Shown: positions 56,994 through 64,000 of the stretch, in pieces
How positions within the stretch are numbered: position 1 is the first letter of the stretch
How the letters are laid out: each line of letters starts with the position of its first letter
Position numbers and translations under genes: made by a program
Virus record (IMG/VR): IMGVR_UViG_3300006793_000026
Location: 4,956 to 68,955 of that record
Length of the DNA stretch: 64,000 nucleotides
Direction: 5' to 3' (one strand)
Origin: a virus
The notes under the pieces: model-generated
The model's database searches: none
Seen by the model: the letters and a program-made list of their open reading frames with translations, nothing else
Told to the model about the DNA's origin: nothing

Positions 56994-57081
56994 TACGTCT
57001 CAACCTGATAGGTATAAGAATAAAAATGTCACAATTGGACAATAAAATTGTCTATATTAATACAAGTGACTATCGTGATTG

Positions 57082-57357
57082 TATAAATAAATACAATCGG
57101 TCATTAATAGCAGATGATCGATTACTAAAAGTGTTATACCCCAACCAAGGATCGGACTCCTCCCTATATTATTACCTCACTATTGGCTGAACATTTTTAT
57201 GTATCGTCCTGAATTGAACTGACATTATTGTGAATTGAAATATAACGGAGTTGACGGAAAACGATATTATCCATGGGGACCAAGCGGATAATATCCAGTG
57301 TAACACCTTTACTCGTACCGAGTCGGGAAGAGGGGACAAAAAAGGTTCCCTCTTTTT
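57082..57357 (+). ncRNA. candidate structured late non-coding RNA
   Basis: TATAAATA 57082; 5' hairpin; long-range stem 57126-57139/57298-57311; perfect 10-bp stem 57263-57272/57286-57295; terminator 57327-57357; no + strand ORF in the track. Confidence 0.6.
57327..57357 (+). terminator. intrinsic terminator
   Basis: GAAGAGGGGAC...GTTCCCTCTTTTT. Confidence 0.8.
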
Positions 57358-57368
57358 GCACTTTATGG

Positions 57369-57397
57369 TGTACAAACCCTCCAAAACGTGATATGAT
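57369..57397 (+). promoter_or_regulatory. early promoter
   Basis: TGTACA-17nt-TATGAT. Confidence 0.8.
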
Positions 57398-57433
57398 ATA
57401 ATTATAGTTGAATAACAATGGAGCTACTATATA

Positions 57434-58102
57434 ATGACCCAACTATCTCAAGACGTGATCGGTGTACTTACCAACTTTGCGTCTATTAACCCAAACTTCG
57501 TATACGAGTCTGATAAACCACTCGGTACGATTTCACCTACTAAATCGATTGTCGCTCAGTATACGGGTGACGCAGAAGTCTTTCCGGTTGACTTTAGTAA
57601 GTACGGTATCTACGACCTTAACGAGTTTCTTACGGCTCTCGGCCTGGTCGGTGATAACGCCAACCTAGACTTCTCTGAAAAGTCTGTTTCGATAAATGGT
57701 GATTCTGGATCCATTGAGTACTTCTTCTCACGTCGTGAGACTCTTAACGTCTCTGTTGTATCGATCACAATGCCAGGTGAAGAACTTAAGTTCAACATCA
57801 CACAGGCCGAGCTCGGCCAACTGAAAAAGGCATCATCTGTATTTGGTCACAAGAAGGTACAAATCTCATCGACTGACGGTGTCGTCACTGCTCGGGTCTG
57901 CGATCCAGCAAACGCTACTGCAGCATCGTTCTCTCTGACTATCGAAGGTGCAACTCAAACCGAAGACGTTAAGTTCGTCCTCGATATTGATAACCTCAAG
58001 TTGGTAAAAGGTGACTATGAAGTGACTTATGCAAAGGCAGGTATTACACTCTTCGATAACGCAGCTGAAAACATGCGTTACTGGATTGCTGTTGAACGAT
58101 AA
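57434..58102 (+). CDS. gp45: sliding clamp gp45
   Basis: L.NFASIN, GIYDLNEFL, NLKL..GDY.V, YWIA.E. Confidence 0.93.
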   Translation: MTQLSQDVIGVLTNFASINPNFVYESDKPLGTISPTKSIVAQYTGDAEVFPVDFSKYGIYDLNEFLTALGLVGDNANLDFSEKSVSINGDSGSIEYFFSRRETLNVSVVSITMPGEELKFNITQAELGQLKKASSVFGHKKVQISSTDGVVTARVCDPANATAASFSLTIEGATQTEDVKFVLDIDNLKLVKGDYEVTYAKAGITLFDNAAENMRYWIAVER

Positions 58103-58128
58103 ACCTCTCTTTGTGAAAGACACATATA

Positions 58129-59064
58129 ATGATGAATGAACTATGGGTCGAGCGGTATCGCCCGGCAACCGTCGCTGACACTATCCTCCCAGCGGCCCTA
58201 AAGAAAACGTTCCAAGGCATGGTCAACAATGGCGAGATCCCTAACATGATCTTGTCAGGCTCTGCGGGTCTAGGTAAAACTACTTTGGCCCGTGCCTTGT
58301 GCAACGAACTCAACCTTGACTATATCTTTATCAACGGATCCGATGAACGTAATATCGAAACACTCCGTAACAAGATACGTCAATTTGCATCCACCGTTTC
58401 TCTGGCCGGTGGTATGAAGGTCGTCATCCTTGATGAGGCCGATTATCTAAACCCACAGTCAACTCAACCAGCCCTTCGTGGTTTTATGGAAGAGTTCCAC
58501 AACAACTGTCGGTTTATTCTTACGTGTAACTTTAAGAACAAGATCATTGACCCACTCCACTCTCGGTGTGCAGTCTATGACTTTACGTATGACAGTAAGG
58601 GTCTTCCTCAGCTGTGCGCGCAGTTCTTTAAGCGTCTGACAAATGTCCTCGATGAGAACACAATTCCATATGACAAGAAGACTGTCGCTGCTCTGATTCA
58701 GAAGCACGCACCTGACTGGCGACGTTGCCTTAACGAATGCCAAAGGTACTCTGCATCCGGTCAGATCGATGAGGGTATCCTTGCCAACATGGAACTTGAG
58801 AACTTCGAGGTGCTCATCAACGCACTCCGTACCAAACAGTTTAAGACCATGCGTAAGTGGGTGTCTCAAAACATCGACCTCAGCCCTGTGACTGTGATGC
58901 GTAAGCTGTATGATACCATGAGTACGTACGTTGAGCCTGAGTCAACACCACAACTGATTCTCATATTGGCTGAGTATGATTACAAAAATGCCTTTGTGGC
59001 TGATCACGAACTCAACTTGGTGGCTTGTCTCACTGAAGTTATGGGTGGTATCAAATGGAAGTAA
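58129..59064 (+). CDS. gp44: clamp loader large subunit gp44
   Basis: LWVE.YRP, G.GKTT, ILDEADYL, QPALRGF.EEF, PLHSRC, PD.RR. Confidence 0.95.
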   Translation: MMNELWVERYRPATVADTILPAALKKTFQGMVNNGEIPNMILSGSAGLGKTTLARALCNELNLDYIFINGSDERNIETLRNKIRQFASTVSLAGGMKVVILDEADYLNPQSTQPALRGFMEEFHNNCRFILTCNFKNKIIDPLHSRCAVYDFTYDSKGLPQLCAQFFKRLTNVLDENTIPYDKKTVAALIQKHAPDWRRCLNECQRYSASGQIDEGILANMELENFEVLINALRTKQFKTMRKWVSQNIDLSPVTVMRKLYDTMSTYVEPESTPQLILILAEYDYKNAFVADHELNLVACLTEVMGGIKWK

Positions 59065-59136
59065 GAAATATTATTCTAATATTATGTCAAAACTGTGTAG
59101 AAAGGCGACTGACAATGTTGTCAGCTGAGTAAAAAT

Positions 59137-59547
59137 ATGTTATTTGATTACTTAAATAATATAAATAATGGTAATGGGGATATTATGTCCACGGCTGATG
59201 ACGAGAAAGCATACTCTGCTTTTATGGTCAACCGCGGTTTATCTTATTTCCCAGACACGGTTCTACATGCTAATTTGATGAATATACACCACCATACCGA
59301 CAGTCGGTTACAGTATGACTTTTTGAGGTCCTCGATCAGAAAGAAAAAGAGATATTCAAAGTGGTTCAAGAGCAGTGAAGATCAAACGTTGACGGTTATA
59401 ACTGAATACTATAACTGTTCAATGCAAAAAGCTAAGGAGTATAGCAATATACTATCAGACGAAGACATAAAGGCCATTTCAGAGATGATCGATCGGGGTG
59501 GCTTTAGTCGTAAGAAAGCAAAAAAAAATGATCGACGATCGAATTGA
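59137..59547 (+). CDS. gp62: clamp loader small subunit gp62
   Basis: FDYLN.IN, Y..F.VNR.LS.F.DT, QYDF....RK.KR.SKW, YY. Confidence 0.9.
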   Translation: MLFDYLNNINNGNGDIMSTADDEKAYSAFMVNRGLSYFPDTVLHANLMNIHHHTDSRLQYDFLRSSIRKKKRYSKWFKSSEDQTLTVITEYYNCSMQKAKEYSNILSDEDIKAISEMIDRGGFSRKKAKKNDRRSN

Positions 59548-59938
59548 ATGGTCCCCCAAGGACATGTTAGAGATTACTCTGAACGAACCCGATGACTTCC
59601 TCAAAGTAAAAGAGACCCTCACTCGGATTGGCATATCATCTAAAAATACGCGTAAGCTGTATCAATCATGCCATATCTTACATAAACAGGGACGATATTT
59701 TATTTGTCACTTTAAGGAACTTTTCATGCTAGATGGGAAGTCTGCAAACTTCTCGGAAGAAGATCTGTTCCGGCGTAACACAATCGCTACTTTGTTAGCT
59801 GATTGGGGCCTATGTGAGTTAATGAATGGGTATCCTGCGAAGGATGAGCGAGCGCCTATGCGTTCAATCAAAATTATATCACATAAAGCTAAGCGAGACT
59901 GGGAACTAGTTCCAAAGTATCGTATTGGTAATTCGTAA
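59528..59938 (+). CDS. regA: translational repressor RegA
   Basis: PDDFLKV.ETLTRIG, LYQSCHILHKQG.Y...HFKELF.LDG, RRN.I..LL..W, W.L.PKY.IG. Confidence 0.95.
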   Translation: MIDDRIEWSPKDMLEITLNEPDDFLKVKETLTRIGISSKNTRKLYQSCHILHKQGRYFICHFKELFMLDGKSANFSEEDLFRRNTIATLLADWGLCELMNGYPAKDERAPMRSIKIISHKAKRDWELVPKYRIGNS

Positions 59939-59970
59939 TATAATATCATCGAAGTGACTCGTCAGAGTAA

Positions 59971-59996
59971 GGGGTCAGGGATTCGTCCTTGACCTC
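59971..59996 (+). terminator. UUCG-capped hairpin after regA
   Basis: GGGGTCAGGGA-TTCG-TCCTTGACCTC, with a U-tract a few nt downstream. Confidence 0.6.
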
Positions 59997-60038
59997 AACA
60001 CCTTTTTGTAAAAGGTATTGGAGTGTGCAAATTAACTG

Positions 60039-60067
60039 TGTACAATAACGTAGATGTGTGATACTAT
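60039..60067 (+). promoter_or_regulatory. early promoter of gp43
   Basis: TGTACA-17nt-TACTAT. Confidence 0.8.
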
Positions 60068-60093
60068 AAACTATATGATGAAAAAGGTAATCT

Positions 60094-62610
60094 ATGTCCA
60101 ATGAGTTCTATACATCCGTAGTTCGTTACGGTAAAAATATCCTATACCGTGGTTACAAGAATGGTCTTCGTGTTCAGGAGAAGATTCCGTTCAAGCCGCA
60201 TCTTTATATGCCAAGCATCAAAGGCGATACTATGGCCCTCGATGGCCGTAAGGTTGCTCGTGTCGACTTCAACAGTATGACCGAAGCCCGTGACTATATC
60301 AAACAGTATTCCAACATACCAAACGCGCAGATCTACGGCACGCAAGACTTTGGTGCTCAGTTTATCAACGAGAAGTTTCCGGGTGATCGTGTCGAGTTTA
60401 ACCCCGACCTTGTCAACATCATGTACTTCGACATCGAGGTGTATTCAACCGACGGATTCCCACATCCTGAAGAGGCTGCTCACCCTATCGATGCTGTATG
60501 TTTCAAGTCATCACGGTCTGGCATGTACAGTCTCTTCACTACAGTCGAAGGTCCTGTCGAGATGGAGCCTCTCCTTGAGAAAGGTATCGAACGTGGTAAT
60601 ATTCACGTACGTAAGTTTGACTCAGAATACCTCATGTTGTCGGCCATACTTCGTTGGTGGAACGAGGAACAAAACAGTCCGGATATTATTACCGGATGGA
60701 ACATCGAAGGTTTTGACGTACCATACTTCATCAACCGTACTGCTAAGATCCTTGGCTCAGAACGCGTTAAAGACTGGTCACCTTGGGGTCTAGTCCGTGA
60801 GAAAGAGGTTGAGTTTCGAGGTCGTAAGCAAACATTCTATACAATCGACGGTATTGCCCAGGTCGACTATATGAAGGCCTTCATTAAGTTTGGTTACTCA
60901 TATGGTTCACAGGAGTCATATCGTCTCGATCACATTGCCTCGGTTGTACTTGGTGAGAATAAACTTGACTATGATGCTCAAGCCGGTCTTCATGGTCTAC
61001 GTGACCAAGATCCTGCTCGTTACCTTGCATACAACATCAAGGATACGTGGCTCGTCGAGAAGCTCGAGGATAAGATGGGCCTGATCGACCTCGTCATGAC
61101 CACCGCATACAAAGCCGGGGTAAACTATATCGACTGTTTCGGTACGACTCGTATATGGGATACTATCATCTATCGTAAGCTGGCTCAACGTAATGTTGTT
61201 GTACCTCCGTCGAAAGAGAACGTCAAGGCCTCGTTTGCGGGTGGTTACGTCAAACCTCCTCAGGTCGGTATGCACGACTGGGTTACCTCATACGACCTTA
61301 ACTCTCTATATCCTAACATCATTGTCCAGTGGAACATGTCGCCTGAGACTATCATCGATGGTATGTATGGTGACCTTAATCCTGATATCTGCCTTGATCC
61401 TGAGTTCAAGGTTGATAGTCAGTATTGTGTCGCTGCCAATGGTGCTCAGTTCCGCCGTGATAAACAAGGCATCATTCCTGAGATTATTATTGACTACTAT
61501 GCCGAACGTAAGGCCATCAAAAAGCAGATGCTCGAGGCACAGCAGGCCAAAGAGTCGTGTGACAAAGGCGATCTGTACAAGATGGAAAAGCGTGTTGCCC
61601 GACTTAATAACGCACAGATGACTGTCAAGATTCTACTCAACTCTCTTTATGGTGCTATGTCTAACCGATACTTCCGTTACTTTGATCTACGTATCGCCGA
61701 GGGTATCACACTGTCTGGCCAGTTGGCTATTCGTCAGTCCGAGCAGTCTATCAATAATATCCTTCAGAAAGGTTTTAACGACGACAAAGACCGCGTCATT
61801 GCTATCGATACTGACTCTAACTATGTCAACCTTTCTGACTTTATTACGCCGAAGGTTAAGGATCCTATTACATATCTTGACAAGGTATCCGAGACAGTTA
61901 TCATTCCAGCTATCGTCAAGGGTTACGACCGCCTCTTTAATCAACTTAACTGCTATGTCCCGCGTCTTGTTATGGAACGTGAGGTCATTGCGGACAAAGG
62001 TTTCTGGACTGCTAAGAAGCGATACGTCCTCAACGTCCATAACTCGGAAGGTGTTCAATACGCACAGCCTAAGCTCAAGATCATGGGTATCGAGGCAGTT
62101 AAGTCTTCAACACCTCAAGTGTGTCGTGGTTGGCTTAAGAACTCTTTCAAGGTAATTATCGAGGAGGGTGAGACTGCCCTTCAAGATTACATTCAAGCAC
62201 GTCGAGATGAGTATATGGCTCTTCCACCCGAAGAACTTGCCGCTCCTCGTGGCGTCTCTGAGATCCGTAAATATATGACACGTGATGGCGGTTACAAGAA
62301 AGGTACTCCTCAGAACTCACGTGCCGCCATCGTGTATAACAACCTGATCAAGACCAAAGGCCTCGAGAAACAACATGAGCTTATTGGCGACGGTGACAAA
62401 CTCAAATACCTCTACCTTCGTATGCCAAATCCAACTCACGGTAACGTTGTCGGTTTCCCCGCCTTCCTTCCGCGTGAACTCGAACTTGAAGACTATATCG
62501 ACTATGACACTCAGTTCCAGAAGACCTTTGTTGATGTTCTAGTTCCTATCGTCGATGCTCTTGGTTGGTCTATCGAAAAGAGCTCATCCCTCGAAGACTT
62601 TTTTGTATAA
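60094..62610 (+). CDS. gp43: family B DNA polymerase gp43
   Basis: DIEV, GWN..FD, YN..D exonuclease motifs; YDLNSLYP, K..LNSLYG, DTDS, KKRY; C-terminal SLEDFF clamp motif. Confidence 0.97.
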   Translation: MSNEFYTSVVRYGKNILYRGYKNGLRVQEKIPFKPHLYMPSIKGDTMALDGRKVARVDFNSMTEARDYIKQYSNIPNAQIYGTQDFGAQFINEKFPGDRVEFNPDLVNIMYFDIEVYSTDGFPHPEEAAHPIDAVCFKSSRSGMYSLFTTVEGPVEMEPLLEKGIERGNIHVRKFDSEYLMLSAILRWWNEEQNSPDIITGWNIEGFDVPYFINRTAKILGSERVKDWSPWGLVREKEVEFRGRKQTFYTIDGIAQVDYMKAFIKFGYSYGSQESYRLDHIASVVLGENKLDYDAQAGLHGLRDQDPARYLAYNIKDTWLVEKLEDKMGLIDLVMTTAYKAGVNYIDCFGTTRIWDTIIYRKLAQRNVVVPPSKENVKASFAGGYVKPPQVGMHDWVTSYDLNSLYPNIIVQWNMSPETIIDGMYGDLNPDICLDPEFKVDSQYCVAANGAQFRRDKQGIIPEIIIDYYAERKAIKKQMLEAQQAKESCDKGDLYKMEKRVARLNNAQMTVKILLNSLYGAMSNRYFRYFDLRIAEGITLSGQLAIRQSEQSINNILQKGFNDDKDRVIAIDTDSNYVNLSDFITPKVKDPITYLDKVSETVIIPAIVKGYDRLFNQLNCYVPRLVMEREVIADKGFWTAKKRYVLNVHNSEGVQYAQPKLKIMGIEAVKSSTPQVCRGWLKNSFKVIIEEGETALQDYIQARRDEYMALPPEELAAPRGVSEIRKYMTRDGGYKKGTPQNSRAAIVYNNLIKTKGLEKQHELIGDGDKLKYLYLRMPNPTHGNVVGFPAFLPRELELEDYIDYDTQFQKTFVDVLVPIVDALGWSIEKSSSLEDFFV

Positions 62611-62639
62611 GCTATAAATAATTATCATAAGGATATACT

Positions 62640-63119
62640 ATGAAACCAATGAATCAAGATCCCAACTTCTTCACAAAATCCTCAGATTGGGTGTCGAATA
62701 TCAATTATATGCATCGCCACTATGGTGTCCATCAGGCTACTGAGTCATTTGATTCTGAAAAGCTACGGGCATTACTTGACTTCCGCGTACGGTTTATCGA
62801 AGAAGAGTTTACCGAGTTGGTCAAGGCCTCAGATACTGGTGACTCAGAAGAGGTGGTTGACGCTTTGATAGACCTTTGTGTTGTGGCGATCGGTACACTT
62901 GATATCTTCGGTGTTAATGCCGACGAAGCGTGGCAGCAGGTTAACAACGCCAATATGGCCAAAGAGGTCGGTGTCAAAGAGTCAAGGCCTAACCCACTTG
63001 GTCTACCTGACCTCGTAAAACCTGAAGGCTGGACTGCACCATGTCACGAAGGTAACCATGGTCGCCTACCTGAGATTGGTCCACGTGAAAATGACGTTGG
63101 TCAAGGTGAACTATTTTAG
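62640..63119 (+). CDS. MazG-like nucleotide pyrophosphohydrolase
   Basis: FIEEE..EL, EEVVDALIDL, AW..V..ANM.K, KPEGW..P; late box at 62613. Confidence 0.82.
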   Translation: MKPMNQDPNFFTKSSDWVSNINYMHRHYGVHQATESFDSEKLRALLDFRVRFIEEEFTELVKASDTGDSEEVVDALIDLCVVAIGTLDIFGVNADEAWQQVNNANMAKEVGVKESRPNPLGLPDLVKPEGWTAPCHEGNHGRLPEIGPRENDVGQGELF

Positions 63120-63153
63120 TTGCAAAAAATGTAAAAAAAATGCGAAAGGGCTA

Positions 63154-63182
63154 TGTACAACGTGGCCCTTTTGTAGTATACT
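63154..63182 (+). promoter_or_regulatory. early promoter with the -35 enclosed in a hairpin
   Basis: TGTACA-17nt-TATACT; arms AAAGGGCTA/TGGCCCTTT (63145-63171). Confidence 0.85.
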
Positions 63183-63188
63183 GTATAT

Positions 63189-63383
63189 ATGATAAACAAA
63201 AGTGAACGACAGTATGAATCAGATATCCAGTCCGCTGGTGATCAGATTCGAATCGAGGGACTTGTCAGCGGTAGCGCCAAGTACGTCGAAGTGTGTGATG
63301 AGTACAATGTTTCGGCTGAAGATGTTGAGTCGTATATCTTAGATAGTGAATGCACATATGCACAATGGTTTGATGGAGTATAA
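63189..63383 (+). CDS. small acidic hypothetical protein (leaderless start)
   Basis: ATG 6 nt after the -10; 64 aa. Confidence 0.6.
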   Translation: MINKSERQYESDIQSAGDQIRIEGLVSGSAKYVEVCDEYNVSAEDVESYILDSECTYAQWFDGV

Positions 63384-63384
63384 T

Positions 63385-63966
63385 ATGAGTAAGATAATTT
63401 TAACTGACTGTGATGGCGTCATCCTTGATTGGGCCCCAGCGTTTATGAGCTGGATGCGTGACCGCGGTTACGTGGCTGTGAGTAGTGCAGATTCGTACTA
63501 TAATATTCATGACAAGTTCGGCATCGACCGGGCTGAAGCCAAGAAGCTTGTTAACTACTTTAATCAGTCTGCTCGTGTTGGGTATATCGACGCTCTTCGT
63601 GATTCTGTTTATTACGTCAAACTTCTTCACGAAAAGCACGGTTATACGTTCCATGCTATCACGAGTATGCATACCGATCCATATGCTCAAAAGCTACGTA
63701 TCATGAACCTCAAAGCATTGTTTGGTGAAAATACATTCTCACGATTTACAATCCTTGGTTGTGGTGATGATAAAGACGAAGCCCTTGAACCATACCGTGG
63801 CACCAACTACTGGTGGATCGAAGATAAACCTGAAAATGCCACAGCTGGTACTGCGGTAGGCCTTCGTAGTATCCTTGTTGACCATCCACACAATCAGGAT
63901 TATCGTGACTGCCCACGTGCATTCGATTGGGAAGACATTTATGAACTCGTCTACTATGGTGTGTAA
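63385..63966 (+). CDS. HAD-superfamily phosphatase / 5'-nucleotidase-like (T4 30.2-like)
   Basis: ILTDCDGV, AITS, K, WIEDK.EN motifs; GGAG SD before ATG 63385. Confidence 0.82.
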   Translation: MSKIILTDCDGVILDWAPAFMSWMRDRGYVAVSSADSYYNIHDKFGIDRAEAKKLVNYFNQSARVGYIDALRDSVYYVKLLHEKHGYTFHAITSMHTDPYAQKLRIMNLKALFGENTFSRFTILGCGDDKDEALEPYRGTNYWWIEDKPENATAGTAVGLRSILVDHPHNQDYRDCPRAFDWEDIYELVYYGV

Positions 63967-64000
63967 TGGAAAATCTACTTTATGGACCAGCGATACTTGC

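Noticed and set aside
57172-57442. Minus-strand ORFs (70 and 81 aa) in the gp46-gp45 gap
   Set aside because: They run through the early promoter and terminator and lack their own expression signals; + strand RNA structure explains the region better
59055-59132. 25-aa ORF with CxxC between gp44 and gp62
   Set aside because: Too short and without a recognisable family; possibly a remnant, but unsupported
39667-62610. Introns, inteins or homing endonucleases in gp17, uvsW, gp46 or gp43
   Set aside because: The ORFs are contiguous and of normal length, with no LAGLIDADG, HNH, GIY-YIG or intein terminal motifs seen

Overview
This is a 64-kb segment of a T4-like (Tevenvirinae/Kyanoviridae-type) myophage genome, probably aquatic. 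Almost all genes are on the + strand; only gp48 is on the - strand. Gene order: an accessory block (Cas4-like exonuclease, guaC, tRNA-Lys, an inserted P-loop kinase cassette, FkbM methyltransferase, M15 peptidase, SleB hydrolase); gp33-59-32; baseplate and tail genes (gp26/51, 48, 4, 2, 54, tape measure, 53, 27-like, split gp5 with a fibre and a protease in between, 25, 6, 7, 8, VrlC-like, fibre); neck, packaging and head genes (13-23); gp3, uvsY, uvsW, gp55, 47, 46, 45, 44, 62, regA, gp43; then MazG-like and HAD genes. Two promoter classes can be read directly: nine early promoters TGTACA-N17-TAnnnT and many T4 late boxes TATAAATA. The strongest leads are: (1) a ~265-nt structured, late-promoter-driven, terminator-bounded non-coding RNA candidate between gp46 and gp45, with a second orphan late transcript after uvsW that shares a motif with it; (2) a -1 slippery site (T TTT TTC) that would fuse gp26 to a gp51 frame lacking its own start codon; (3) early promoters that put ATG at the predicted +1, giving leaderless mRNAs and uORFs that overlap the gp55 and gp43 starts; (4) an AT-rich kinase cassette flanked by 35-bp direct repeats, with a capsid-targeting-like N-terminus; (5) a hub protein with an intact M15 peptidase nested inside a degenerate amidase; (6) an in-frame TAG in gp33 and a frameshift in gp32, which may be sequence errors. 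All assignments come from motif recognition by eye; no searches were run.
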